Shown: positions 40,116 through 50,449, numbered from the whole stretch's first letter. The stretch: DNA of 61,937 nucleotides, filler included, from 6 parts of 6 records of this genome joined end to end with filler, not necessarily neighbours in it; one strand, 5' to 3'. Notes: generated by a model from the letters alone, not told the origin. Translations and numbers: made by a program.

Positions 40116-41072
40116 CTATTCCTTTACGATAGTGACCCTCATGAAAATAGGTTCGAGGGGATTGTCAGCTTTGTCTCGTTGTACATTTGCGATTTGTGCA
40201 ATGATGGGTAAGCCTTCAATGATCTCACCAAACACAGTGTATTGGTTGTCAAGGAAAGTAGGGGAGCCGTCACAAATGAAGAACTGTGAACCTGCTGAGT
40301 TCGGATCGGGTGTCCTTGCCATAGAAACGATACCCGTTACATGAGAAACATCATTGAATTCCTGGTCAATAGTGTATCCGGGACCGCCCATACCGTCGGT
40401 AGCGCGATTTCCATCACGGGAATTGATATCGCCGCCCTGGATCATAAAACCCGGGATAACGCGGTGGAATTTTACTCCGTCATAATAACCGCTGACTGCA
40501 AGTCTTTTGAAGTTAGCACAGTGATTTGGTGCTTTTTCGGGCAAGAATTTCATTTTCATAGTACCGAAACGGGTTTCAATAATAGCATATTCGTTCTTTT
40601 TGACCGGTTCAGCCGGAGTGGTCTCTAAAACAGCAAGAATATCATTGATCTGTGCCGTATCAAGGACTTCAGTCAGGGTTTCAATATCTTTTAAACCCTT
40701 AAAGATAACTTCATCGTTAGAGTATTTGCCATCGGGGTAGGTTTCTATGTAGTCTTTAACTGCAAAAACGCTCTCTTTGGCACGCTTAAACGCTAGTTCT
40801 TCGATCTTTTCTTTTGTTTGTTCCACGTATTTTCCCTCCGGGTATTTTGCAAGATAACGAAAGCAGGATGCTTCGTCATTAGCTCGCTTAAAGTATATTT
40901 TTTCAAGCCGTATTTCGGCACGTTCTGCATATTTGTCAGAATCCGTCGATTTTATGTAGCGGCTGATCTTTCTGGGGTTTTGGGTCTTCATGACCGTGCG
41001 GTATTCATTCCAATCTGAACAGGACGTGAGTACAACTAATGCGATAAGTAGGACCAAGATGCTTTTTTTCAA
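40116..41072 (-). CDS. Lipoprotein cyclophilin-type peptidyl-prolyl isomerase
   Basis: Lipobox LTSC; FHRVIPGFMIQGGD, SMAR, SAGSQFFI, YTVFG; N-terminal YP.GKY repeats. Confidence 0.92.
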   Translation of the reverse strand: MKKSILVLLIALVVLTSCSDWNEYRTVMKTQNPRKISRYIKSTDSDKYAERAEIRLEKIYFKRANDEASCFRYLAKYPEGKYVEQTKEKIEELAFKRAKESVFAVKDYIETYPDGKYSNDEVIFKGLKDIETLTEVLDTAQINDILAVLETTPAEPVKKNEYAIIETRFGTMKMKFLPEKAPNHCANFKRLAVSGYYDGVKFHRVIPGFMIQGGDINSRDGNRATDGMGGPGYTIDQEFNDVSHVTGIVSMARTPDPNSAGSQFFICDGSPTFLDNQYTVFGEIIEGLPIIAQIANVQRDKADNPLEPIFMRVTIVKE

Positions 41073-41124
41073 ATTTAAATCTCCTAATTAATTGATGTAA
41101 ATGTAATTAAAAACAAGTAAAAAG

Positions 41125-41380
41125 GCAAAGGTCAAAAGTCGTAAAACGTAAAACGCGAGAAGGAGAGGAGGAGAGAAGGAGAGGTGGTGAAATAGCGCAT
41201 TAGGGCGCTAGTGCACTGGTTCTCTCACGCTCTATTGCATCTTTACACTTTTAAAGAAATAAAGAGACAATAGACAAATTCCAATAAGCAAGTATTGAAG
41301 ATTGTTGATTGAAAATTGTTGTTATAAAAAGGGTAGAGTATTCTAAACCCTTAAACCTTAAACTTTTAAACGGTTTAAGC
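41125..41380. repeat. Patchwork of degenerate 7-8-mer tandem repeats
   Basis: GTAAAAC x2, GGAGA(G)A arrays, AGCGCATT/AGGGCGCT/AGTGCACT, TAAACCCT/TAAACCT/TAAACTTT. Confidence 0.5.
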
Positions 41381-41381
41381 G

Positions 41382-42158
41382 TCAGCGCAAAACCACCGGT
41401 TCATGCTGCTTTGCAAAGATGAAGGGCAGATCAATCTCTGCTTGCTTAAATATTTTATCATAAGTTGCTTTCGTTTGTCTTTCGGTGTTGTTTTTCTCGC
41501 TGAGATGTGCAAGCATGAGGTATTTTAGTTTACCGTTCTTGATGATCTCTATAGCAGCTTCTGCAGATTGAGTATTGGATAAATGTCCTCGATTTGAACG
41601 GATGCGTTGCTTGACATATTCAGGGTAGTGAGGATTGTTTTTCAACATGACAAGATCATGATTCGATTCCAGGATCAGGCTCTCAACTTTGCGCAGATTT
41701 GTACTGACAAGCGTATTCATTTTACCTAAATCGGTTACGATCCCAGTCATATGTTTTCCATCATCAATTGTAAAACACACCGGATCGGATGTATCATGAG
41801 AGATACTTAATGGATGTATTGTAACATCCTGATAATCAATTATATCACCTGTGTTGAATAAGTGGATATCTTTAATTTCTTCCAGCTTATAGCGTTCTTT
41901 AGCTGCATTATGACAGGCGTGGTTCATGAAGACGGGAATATTCATTTTCTTGGAAAATACTCGCACGCCGCCAATGTGGTCGACATGTTCATGCGTGACG
42001 AATATTGCGGATATTTCCGATGGATCGACATCAACATCCTGAAGCCTTAAAGAAAGCTGTTTTGCCGATAAACCGGTATCCACAAGGATGGATGTGCTAC
42101 CGCTCTTGATGTAATATGAATTGCCTTTAGAACCGCTGGCGAGTGAGATTAATTTCAT
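41382..42158 (-). CDS. MBL-fold metallohydrolase (YycJ/WalJ-like)
   Basis: LASGSKGN, THEHVDH, SHD, TDLG, ESNHD, GHLSN, AHLSEKNN. Confidence 0.92.
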   Translation of the reverse strand: MKLISLASGSKGNSYYIKSGSTSILVDTGLSAKQLSLRLQDVDVDPSEISAIFVTHEHVDHIGGVRVFSKKMNIPVFMNHACHNAAKERYKLEEIKDIHLFNTGDIIDYQDVTIHPLSISHDTSDPVCFTIDDGKHMTGIVTDLGKMNTLVSTNLRKVESLILESNHDLVMLKNNPHYPEYVKQRIRSNRGHLSNTQSAEAAIEIIKNGKLKYLMLAHLSEKNNTERQTKATYDKIFKQAEIDLPFIFAKQHEPVVLR

Positions 42159-42198
42159 AGTTTGAGGTTTATCGTTTATAGTTTTAAAATTTGTATTT

Positions 42199-42226
42199 GT
42201 AGAGACGCAAGATCTTGCGTCTTTAC
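42199..42226 (+). repeat. REP-like palindrome (GTAG family) at contig end
   Basis: GTAGAGACGCAAGATCTTGCGTCTTTAC. Confidence 0.65.
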
Positions 42227-42326
42227 NNNNNNNNNNNNNNNNNNNNNNNNNNNNNNNNNNNNNNNNNNNNTTAATTAATTAANNNNNNNNNNNNNNNNNN
42301 NNNNNNNNNNNNNNNNNNNNNNNNNN
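42227..42326. other. Artificial contig spacer
   Basis: N + TTAATTAATTAA + N. Confidence 0.98.
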
Positions 42327-42410
42327 GCAAACCTCTTTCCCTACAAGGATTCCAAGGGTCAACCGGCCGCAGCCGGAACATCTTCTGTCGAGTATTCGAT
42401 GTGATTTCAT
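42327..42410 (-). CDS. Start of a gene running off the contig (CxxC-containing)
   Basis: GGAGG RBS then MKSHRILDRRCSGCGRLTLGILVGKEVC; not in ORF track. Confidence 0.45.
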
Positions 42411-42590
42411 GCCGACCTCCCCTTTCTTGACCTTGGGCCTGGATCACTGGTTTATTTAACCGTTGCCCTCAGTTCCGGTACTGGAACAAATCGTTTCAAC
42501 TCCTAGTTGTGTCATCGGTTCTTTCGCCCGAAAACTTCACCGCACCGGTTAACCCTTTAACCATGTCATTCACGAAACGAACAATTTCAT

Positions 42591-42658
42591 TTGACATTTG
42601 ATTTAATATCTGGCTATCGTATTTTTACGACATTGTCGACAATCGTCTGACGATTGTC
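42591..42658 (+). promoter_or_regulatory. sigma70 promoter with overlapping palindromic GntR-type operators
   Basis: TTGACA at 42591, TATCGT 18 nt later; ATTGTCGACAAT (42632-42643) and GACAATCGTC-T-GACGATTGTC (42638-42658). Confidence 0.7.
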
Positions 42659-42707
42659 TTTAAAAGCAGCACGGCTGACCAATGAATAATTCATTCAATT
42701 CAAAAAA

Positions 42708-43382
42708 GTGAACACGACCATGACTCAAATCAAGACCCATAATCTCAGTGAAGATATCGCTCAACATATTGGTGAAAAGATTATTCAACTTGAAATCAAG
42801 CCCGGCGAAAGAATCCTTGAGGCAAAGATTGCCGAAGAGCTGGGGGTCAGCAGAAGCCCGGTACGGGAAGCATTCCGGATACTGGAACGCTACCGCCTGG
42901 TGGAACTCATCCCCAGAAAAGGCGTTAAAGCCACTGAAATCACGGAGTTTTACATAAGTTGTCTCTACGATATCCTGAAAGTCAACTTTGGGTTGATGGC
43001 AAGCCTGGCAGTAAAAAAAGCCGATGACGGGCAGCGAAAAAAGGTAAAAGAGATGCTGCTGCAGATCGAATCACACGCCCGGAGAGGTAATGTCCTTGAC
43101 TATTACAGCGGCATATTTGAGTTCGCGGCCATTGGGATGGCAGCCGCCCAAAACCCTCTCCTGGAACAAATGCTGATGGATTTATGGCCGAGCATCAGAA
43201 GGATACAATTTGCTTCCCTCAGCATCAGGTCGGAAAGATTAAAGGAAAACGGCGCTTATTTTAAAAAGATGATCCGCTACCTGGAGGAAAACAATCCGGG
43301 CATGACCGAGAAGATCGTAAGGGAATATGCAGAGAACGAAAAACAATTCGCAATGAGCATTATCAGAAAGGGACTCATATGA
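42708..43382 (+). CDS. GntR/FadR family regulator (FCD domain)
   Basis: PGERILE..IAEELGVSRSPVREA HTH; NPLL. Confidence 0.93.
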   Translation: MNTTMTQIKTHNLSEDIAQHIGEKIIQLEIKPGERILEAKIAEELGVSRSPVREAFRILERYRLVELIPRKGVKATEITEFYISCLYDILKVNFGLMASLAVKKADDGQRKKVKEMLLQIESHARRGNVLDYYSGIFEFAAIGMAAAQNPLLEQMLMDLWPSIRRIQFASLSIRSERLKENGAYFKKMIRYLEENNPGMTEKIVREYAENEKQFAMSIIRKGLI

Positions 43383-44674
43383 CTAAATATAAAGACCGGG
43401 AATATGATGCAATCGTTGTGGGAACAGGGCCGGGTGGAGCAACGGTCGCCAAGGAGCTTACCCATGGGAACAGATCCGTTCTAATGCTCGAATGGGGCAA
43501 TAATGAACCGGTGAACGGCACCCTGGCCCAGGCCATACGCAATCTCGGAATACCAGGCAAAAGCGCTCTGTTCACCAATGAACTGCTGACAATGGTGCGG
43601 GGAATCACAACCGGGGGAAGTTCCATCTATTACTATGGTACGGCCTTTTATCCGCCGGTCGGGATGCTGAAAAAATATGGTATCCGAATCGAGGATGAAA
43701 TCGAAGAAGTAAACAATGAACTACCGATCGCTCTCCTGTCTGACAGGCTGATGGGCCCCATGGCGAAACGAATCATGAACAGTGCCCGGGAACTGGGCTA
43801 TGACTGGCAGAAAATGCCCAAGTTTTTAGACCAGGAGAAATGCAGTCCGGAATGCTGGAAATGCGGATATGGATGTCCCCATGGAGCGAAATGGACGGCC
43901 AGGAATTATGTTGAACAGGCCCGGAAAAAGGGCGCGACCCTGATCAATGGCGCAAAGGTGACAACGGTTTTAACGGACAATGGAAAAGCCCGGGGGGTTG
44001 TGTTCAGGCATCATGGAAAAACCCGCAGGGCTTATGCCGGGCAGGTGGTCCTGGCGGCCGGCGGCATCGGGTCGCCGCTCATTTTAAGGACATTGGGGTT
44101 TCCCAATGCCGGGCGGGATTTCTTTTATGATCCGTTGATCGCGGTCATGGGCACGGTACCGGATATGACGGGGGGAAAAGAAATTCCCATGGCTTCCGCC
44201 ATCCACATGGAGGATGAGGGGTATGTCATGTCGGATATGACGCTTCCCCCGGCCCTGTATGGAATTCTGACCGCCGAGGTGGGCCGGATGGACCAGTTGT
44301 TGAACCATCCCGGAGCGTTAACCATCATGATAAAGGCAAAGGACAGTCTGGGCGGTTATTTGTCCGGGTCTGGCGGGGTGCGCAAACGGCTCTCCGATAC
44401 GGACAAACAGAAACTGTCAAGGGGCTATGAACGGGCCAAAGAGATTCTCAGGAACGCCGGGGCCAGGCAGGTTTTCAAAAGCTGTTTCCTGGCGGCCCAT
44501 CCGGGCGGTACCGTAAAAATCAATGAACTGGTCGATTCCAATCTTGAAACAGATATTAAAAACCTTTTTGTGTGCGATTGTTCCGTCATTCCGGAAGCAT
44601 GGGGCTTGCCGCCGACATATACCCTTTTGTGCCTGGGCAAGCGGTTGGCAAAACATATGGACAAATCATCATGA
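43379..44674 (+). CDS. GMC-family FAD oxidoreductase
   Basis: VVGTGPGG, GGSS, C..C..GC..GAKW, LAAGGIGSP, AHPGGT, LFVCDCS. Confidence 0.88.
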   Translation: MTKYKDREYDAIVVGTGPGGATVAKELTHGNRSVLMLEWGNNEPVNGTLAQAIRNLGIPGKSALFTNELLTMVRGITTGGSSIYYYGTAFYPPVGMLKKYGIRIEDEIEEVNNELPIALLSDRLMGPMAKRIMNSARELGYDWQKMPKFLDQEKCSPECWKCGYGCPHGAKWTARNYVEQARKKGATLINGAKVTTVLTDNGKARGVVFRHHGKTRRAYAGQVVLAAGGIGSPLILRTLGFPNAGRDFFYDPLIAVMGTVPDMTGGKEIPMASAIHMEDEGYVMSDMTLPPALYGILTAEVGRMDQLLNHPGALTIMIKAKDSLGGYLSGSGGVRKRLSDTDKQKLSRGYERAKEILRNAGARQVFKSCFLAAHPGGTVKINELVDSNLETDIKNLFVCDCSVIPEAWGLPPTYTLLCLGKRLAKHMDKSS

Positions 44675-44827
44675 GTCGAAAATCAGCAAAACACAGCTTC
44701 CGGTTCAGAAGGAGAGCGGTCAACTAATTCAAGCCCGGGGCTTGCCCCCCTGCGCCTGCATTGTTTGTTTTTTGGGAAGAGACCTGCTAGTTATTTTTTT
44801 AAAAAACTATTAAAGGAGATTTTTCCA

Positions 44828-46267
44828 ATGTCTGGCCTGCAATTTAAAAATGCTTCATTTGCTTTTTGGGCAACCGAAGTCATGAAGACACGGGAAGCCA
44901 GAACGATTCTGGATTCCACAGTTACGGATTTTTTTGACAAATGGGGCGAAAAAGGTGACATCAAATCTGAATTTGCAAAGCATGCGAAACGGATTATTCA
45001 AAGGAGGCTGGCCCACTCGGAAAACAGACACAACGACCAGGAACTGAAGGATCTTTTGCAAAATCCGGAAGTAATGAAATACATTGGAAAAAAGTTGCCG
45101 GTGTCAATGAACAGCCTGGTGGAAATTGTGCATCTGATGGCTGTTACACTTGAAACCTACCCCGAAGAGAAACAGCTGGAGTTCATAAATGATATTTTTG
45201 CTTCAATCAACGCAGATAAACTCGCCGAGATACTGACCTCCCTGGCCGGAACAATTGATGCCCTTCACAGGAACAATCCGACGATTATCGCAGATAACCT
45301 GGTTCCGGTCCTGGGACAAGTTTTAGAAAATATCGATTTTGGGGAGATAAAGACGCTCTCTGAAAATTCAAGAAAAGAACTGCAAGCCCTTATTACCAGA
45401 ACCAACGATCTTTTATTCGAATTTCCCTCAAAGCTGATTCTGATTCTCTCTTTCATCCCCGGGGCCTCAAATACGCTGCTGTTTTTTATTGAAGATATGA
45501 TCAAAAGGTTCAATGCACTGCCGGCTGACATTTTAACAGATCTGCTGATTTCATTTTTTAAAGACATTGATGAAAAAACCGTTGGCAAGCTTATAAATAA
45601 CCTGGCCGAGCTCATACGACAGGTTCATACGGGGAGCGCTCTGATCGGCGATCCCGGGTCTCCCAGGTTCTCGACCGAGTTTGCCCGTAAAACCGGGACG
45701 ATTTTAAATGGGATGGACCCGGAACTGGTTTTCACAGCTGCCAATGCCCTGGTGGACGGCAAAGAGGCTTTGCTGAAATCAATGTATGACGCCGCCTGGG
45801 AAAATCCCCGATTTACGGAACTTGCCCTTAAGCAGGCAATGGCTGTCAGGAATTCAAACACCAGGGTGACACAGCGGAAAATTGAACTGCTGGACGAACT
45901 CGGGGAGGAAGATGCAGCGGGTGCAATAGAAACCGCGTCTTCAGAATGGAATGCCGACGCGTTTGCCGAATTAGTAAACTCGGGCTGCAGCCTGGCCAAC
46001 CGCCTCCATGGCGATTCACCGGATCTTATAAAGAAATTTTTTACTGAATTTGTCGACACACTCGACCTCCATGAAATTGAGGAAACCGTTACCTGGGTCT
46101 CCCGCGATCTCACGAAGACATTTAAACCGGTTATACAGACCGTTTTGCCCATTGTTGTCAAAGACCTGATCGAATGCCTGTCATCGGAATACAACGGCAA
46201 TGGAGAACAGATAACGGCCATGCGCAAAACCCTGCGCCGGTTTATAATGGATGAGGAAATCTGCTGA
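44828..46267 (+). CDS. Unknown alpha-helical protein with threefold internal repeat
   Basis: AAGGAG RBS before ATG 44828; coupled to next gene by TGATG. Confidence 0.75.
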   Translation: MSGLQFKNASFAFWATEVMKTREARTILDSTVTDFFDKWGEKGDIKSEFAKHAKRIIQRRLAHSENRHNDQELKDLLQNPEVMKYIGKKLPVSMNSLVEIVHLMAVTLETYPEEKQLEFINDIFASINADKLAEILTSLAGTIDALHRNNPTIIADNLVPVLGQVLENIDFGEIKTLSENSRKELQALITRTNDLLFEFPSKLILILSFIPGASNTLLFFIEDMIKRFNALPADILTDLLISFFKDIDEKTVGKLINNLAELIRQVHTGSALIGDPGSPRFSTEFARKTGTILNGMDPELVFTAANALVDGKEALLKSMYDAAWENPRFTELALKQAMAVRNSNTRVTQRKIELLDELGEEDAAGAIETASSEWNADAFAELVNSGCSLANRLHGDSPDLIKKFFTEFVDTLDLHEIEETVTWVSRDLTKTFKPVIQTVLPIVVKDLIECLSSEYNGNGEQITAMRKTLRRFIMDEEIC

Positions 46268-47421
46268 TGAAAAATATATTCCGGGAGGCCGCCACAACCC
46301 TTGATGTTCCAAGCGTTCAGGAGTGGAAAGAAAACAAAGGGAAGATTGTCGGATATACCTGTTCATTCATGCCGGTTGAACCCTTTTACGCCGCGGGTAT
46401 CCTCCCCCTGCGTCTCCGGGGGATAAACGCCGCAAGCATGGAAATAGCAGACTCATACTATGGCCCTTTTGTCTGCAGTTTCCCCAAAGCCCTGCTCCAG
46501 GTCGCGGGCACCGGGAAATATGCGTTCCTGGATGGGGTGGTCCTGTCAAACGGATGCGATACCCTGCGCAGGCTCGATGACTGCTGGCGAAAGATGGGGC
46601 AGGATATAAAAGGCTCCCTTCCCCCCTGGCATTATTACCTTGATGTGCCCCATAAACCCGGCGGCCATGCCTTTGACTGGTATGTCAACCAGATCAGAAA
46701 AATGATGACGGCCATCGAAAAACAGTTTGATGTAACCATTACCGACGAGGGCCTCCGCCACGCCATAAAGGAACAGAACAAATTACGCAGACTGCTTTGG
46801 GAACTTGAGAAGCTGCGGCGGAAAGAGGTTTTAACAGTCACCGGATCGGAGGCCTATGCAGCCATCATCGCCGGTACGGTGATGCCAAGGGATATTTATG
46901 CCGGGCACCTTGCTGATTTACTGGAGGATATTCAAAACAGGACAGCCGATGTTGCCCTTAACAGGAAAAGACTCTTCTTAAGCGGCAGTGTGTGTGATGA
47001 TTTTGAACTTATCGATCTGATTGAACAATCAAATGCTGTTGTTGCGGGTGAAAATCTCTGCTTCGGCGTTCGCGATGACGGGGACATGGTCAGTGAAACA
47101 GGCGACCCTGTCGCCGCCCTTGCCGCCAGATATCTGTCCGGTTCGGTCTGCCCCCGGATGATGGGCTGGTATCAGTCAAGGTCGGCCGGGATCATGGACA
47201 GAATAAAAAGCATCAATGCCGACGGCGTGATCCTGCAGAATATCCGGTTCTGCGATCTCCATGGTTCTGAAAACGGTCTTTTCGAGCGCGATCTTGGGAA
47301 AAACGACCTTCCCTCTCTACGAATCGAAAGGGAATATGGTCCTTTGACTGAAAGCGGCAGGCTGAAAATGAGGGTGGATGCCTTTATTGAGCAACTCTCA
47401 TCAGGCAACAAAACAAAATAA
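46267..47421 (+). CDS. 2-hydroxyacyl-CoA dehydratase / benzoyl-CoA reductase subunit (HgdB/BcrC-like)
   Basis: GYTCSFMP.E, CSFPK, CDTLRR, CPRM, FCDLH, RVDAFIE. Confidence 0.88.
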   Translation: MKNIFREAATTLDVPSVQEWKENKGKIVGYTCSFMPVEPFYAAGILPLRLRGINAASMEIADSYYGPFVCSFPKALLQVAGTGKYAFLDGVVLSNGCDTLRRLDDCWRKMGQDIKGSLPPWHYYLDVPHKPGGHAFDWYVNQIRKMMTAIEKQFDVTITDEGLRHAIKEQNKLRRLLWELEKLRRKEVLTVTGSEAYAAIIAGTVMPRDIYAGHLADLLEDIQNRTADVALNRKRLFLSGSVCDDFELIDLIEQSNAVVAGENLCFGVRDDGDMVSETGDPVAALAARYLSGSVCPRMMGWYQSRSAGIMDRIKSINADGVILQNIRFCDLHGSENGLFERDLGKNDLPSLRIEREYGPLTESGRLKMRVDAFIEQLSSGNKTK

Positions 47422-47430
47422 AGGTGGCAC

Positions 47431-48834
47431 ATGAGACCGGAATTAAAAGAGTACAATCTGGACTGGCTTTTTGCATCAACGTTCAATATCTCAAAGCATC
47501 TGTGCAACGCGACCCCCAAAGAGCTTGAAGCCATGTTCAAATATATACCTTACGTAAGAGGACTTTTGGAGCCATTGCTGGCCACGGGTAAGCCTGCCAT
47601 GACATTCCTTGATTTCTTTGGGGATTACTACACCAACATCGTCGATGCAAAAAAAAATGGTAAAAAGGTTGTCATGACGACCTTCTGCTTTGATCCTTCC
47701 ATATTTTACGCTGTTGACAATGTTGTTCCGGTTACATTGGAGATCGGCACGGCCCTGACATCCATGCTCTGGAAACGGGGGTCAACCGATTTCATGGATT
47801 TTTGCACGGAGATCGGTTTTTCTGAAACCGGGTGCTCCTCCCAAAGGGGGGCCATGGGCGCATATCTTGCAGGCCTTGGCGCCGAAATCGACCTGGTGGC
47901 CCTGAACATGGGCGGGGTTTGCGACACCAATTCAAACGCCTATGCGTTCGCGGCTCAATATCTCAATGTCCCCTATTACGGGCTTGACTACCCGGCCAAC
48001 CTGACGGCGGAGGATGTGCAGGAATACCATCATAAAGATTACAGGGCCCTGATCAGATTTATAGAGGACCATACCGGGAGTAAATTTGACATTGACCGGC
48101 TCAGGGAAGTCCTGGAGGAAAAGAGGAAACAGGATGATTTAATGAACGAGCTGGAGGAGATGCAGCGCCTGGTGCCCAATCCGGTGCCGGGGATTTACCA
48201 TATTATGATCTACGCCGGGCGCTATATCTTTTCCGGGAAAAAGAAATATACAAAGATGCTGAGGGAAATGGTTGAAATCGTGCGCAACAATGCTGAAACG
48301 GGCCGCTCGGGACTGAAACAAGGGGTTGAGAAAAACAGGACCTTTCTTCTGTATATCGACAATTATTCCCTTGGCATATCAATGGTTGAATGGTTTGAGA
48401 AAAAAGGAATATCCCATATGGGCAATATTTTATCCCGTACATTCACGGAGACCGCGCCCTATACCACGGGAGTGCCCGGCACCACCTACCGCATCGATAC
48501 CAGCACCCTTGACACCATGATCGACACCCTGGCGGATATCAACGCAAGAATGCCCATGACCCGCACCATAAGGGGACCCTACGATGCGCCCAACATGTGG
48601 CTCGAGGACAGCATCTCCCTTGCAAAGTTCTATAATGCGGACAGCTGCATTTACAACGGCACACCGGGCTGCAGAAACACATGGTCAAACATCAAACTGA
48701 TGACACGGGATCTCGAAGCCCTGGGATATCCCACCCATATTACCTATGCAGACAGCTTTGACAGCCGGGTGGAGGCATGGGAAACCACTGAGAACCGGCT
48801 GGAAGAATTTTACAGCATCAGGGGGTTATTATGA
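47431..48834 (+). CDS. 2-hydroxyacyl-CoA dehydratase / benzoyl-CoA reductase subunit (HgdA/BcrB-like)
   Basis: CSSQRG, CDTN, FIEDHTG.KFD.DRL, GCRN, DSFDSR. Confidence 0.85.
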   Translation: MRPELKEYNLDWLFASTFNISKHLCNATPKELEAMFKYIPYVRGLLEPLLATGKPAMTFLDFFGDYYTNIVDAKKNGKKVVMTTFCFDPSIFYAVDNVVPVTLEIGTALTSMLWKRGSTDFMDFCTEIGFSETGCSSQRGAMGAYLAGLGAEIDLVALNMGGVCDTNSNAYAFAAQYLNVPYYGLDYPANLTAEDVQEYHHKDYRALIRFIEDHTGSKFDIDRLREVLEEKRKQDDLMNELEEMQRLVPNPVPGIYHIMIYAGRYIFSGKKKYTKMLREMVEIVRNNAETGRSGLKQGVEKNRTFLLYIDNYSLGISMVEWFEKKGISHMGNILSRTFTETAPYTTGVPGTTYRIDTSTLDTMIDTLADINARMPMTRTIRGPYDAPNMWLEDSISLAKFYNADSCIYNGTPGCRNTWSNIKLMTRDLEALGYPTHITYADSFDSRVEAWETTENRLEEFYSIRGLL

Positions 48835-49610
48835 GTATTGTTGCCGGATGCGACGTTGGGTCCCTGACCACCAAGGCCGTCATCATCAAAAACCGGAAAC
48901 TCATGGATTCCGCGATTATCAGGTCCGGTCCCAAACCGACGGAATCCGCAGTAAAAGTGATGGAACGGCTTTTTGAGAAAACAGAAATGTCTCAAAAAGA
49001 CATTGCATGTTGTGTCGGGACCGGGTACGGCCGTGAAAAAATCGCGTTTATCGACCATGCCGTCTCGGAGATCTCATGCCACGGGAAAGGGGCCCAATGG
49101 CTTGTTCCCACCGCCAGGACCATCATCGATATCGGGGGCCAGGATTGCAAGGTGATTAAACTGGATAAACAGGGCAACCTGCTGAAATTCGCCACCAATG
49201 ACAAATGCGCTTCCGGCACCGGCCGCTTCCTGGATGTGATGGCCAAGGTGATGAACATGGACGTTTCGGATCTTGGCAAACTGTCGGCAAAATCAAACGC
49301 CCCTGTCACCTTTGCTTCGGTCTGCACGGTCTGGGCCCAGGCCGATGTGATCAAGTTGATCAACTCCAGGCGTCCGGCGGAAGATATCTGCGCGGGCATC
49401 AATACCGCCATGGCCAACAGGGTTTCCATGCTGGCAAATACCCTGAAAATCGAAAACGATGTCTGCATCACCGGCGGCGTGGCGAAAAATGAGGGGGTCG
49501 TCAAGGCCCTGGGCAAAATCCTGGGGTGCAGAATAAAACGCATCAGAAGAACAGATCCCCAACTGACCGGCGCCGTGGGCGCCGCCCTGTTTGCCCGGGA
49601 AAGGCTGTAA
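48831..49610 (+). CDS. ASKHA ATP-dependent activase (HgdC/BcrA/BcrD family), copy 1
   Basis: GCDVGSLTTK, TGYGR, DIGGQD, NDKCASGTGRFL, SVCTVW, TGGVAKN. Confidence 0.93.
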   Translation: MSIVAGCDVGSLTTKAVIIKNRKLMDSAIIRSGPKPTESAVKVMERLFEKTEMSQKDIACCVGTGYGREKIAFIDHAVSEISCHGKGAQWLVPTARTIIDIGGQDCKVIKLDKQGNLLKFATNDKCASGTGRFLDVMAKVMNMDVSDLGKLSAKSNAPVTFASVCTVWAQADVIKLINSRRPAEDICAGINTAMANRVSMLANTLKIENDVCITGGVAKNEGVVKALGKILGCRIKRIRRTDPQLTGAVGAALFARERL

Positions 49611-49663
49611 GCCCGTGAAATGACCCGAACACCAATTTTGAACAAGAGAACCTGGAGACACCA

Positions 49664-50449
49664 ATGATAACAGCAGGCTGCGATGTGGGGTCCAGAACCG
49701 CAAAAGCGGTGATCCTTGAAAACAACAAAATAATTACAAGCGCGGTGATCCCGGCAAAACTGGATCCCGTCGAATCCGCGGAAAGCGTAATGGCGATCGC
49801 ACTGGAGCGGGCGGATCTTCCCTTGGATGGGATAAAAAGAATCGTCGGGACCGGATACGGCCAGCAGGAGATTCCATTTGCCCACACCTGTGAATCGGAG
49901 ATCGTCTGCCATGCCAGGGGCGCGTCCTGGAACATTCCCTCCGCCAGGATGATCGTCGATATCGGCGGCCAGGATTCAAAGGCAATCAAAATCGACAACA
50001 CCGGCAGGGTCATCCGCTATTCCTACAACGACAAGTGTGCCTCCGGAACAGGCCGGTTCCTTGAAATCATGGCAGACGCATTGAACGTTGAACTCGATGG
50101 GATGGGCGAATGCGGCAAGTCGTGGAAGGAAGAGATCCGCATCTCCAACCAGTGCGTGATCTTTGCGGAGACAGAGGTCGTTTCCCTGATAAATGAGGGC
50201 AAGGAGGTGGCGGATATCATAAACGCCCTTCACTGCTCCCTGGGCAAACGGGTGGCCTCCCAGGCAAGAAGCCTGATCATAGAAGAAGATGTGATCATGA
50301 CCGGCGGGGTCGCAAAAAACATCGGGGTCTTTGACGCACTGTCCCAGGGACTGGGGGTAGAGGTAAAAAGCCTCCGGGGCATCGATCCCCAAATCAACGG
50401 CGCCCTGGGTGCCGCATTGATCGCGGCGGCGGTGGCCAATCCCCTATGA
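49664..50449 (+). CDS. ASKHA ATP-dependent activase, copy 2
   Basis: GCDVGSRTAK, TGYG, DIGGQD, NDKCASGTGRFL, NQCVIFAE, TGGVAKN. Confidence 0.93.
   Translation: MITAGCDVGSRTAKAVILENNKIITSAVIPAKLDPVESAESVMAIALERADLPLDGIKRIVGTGYGQQEIPFAHTCESEIVCHARGASWNIPSARMIVDIGGQDSKAIKIDNTGRVIRYSYNDKCASGTGRFLEIMADALNVELDGMGECGKSWKEEIRISNQCVIFAETEVVSLINEGKEVADIINALHCSLGKRVASQARSLIIEEDVIMTGGVAKNIGVFDALSQGLGVEVKSLRGIDPQINGALGAALIAAAVANPL

Noticed and set aside
44672-46269. Selenocysteine readthrough at TGA stops in block 5
   Set aside because: Stops fall at natural protein ends or overlap the next start; no evident SECIS.
48992-49912. 306-aa minus-strand ORF
   Set aside because: Antisense shadow of the two activase genes.
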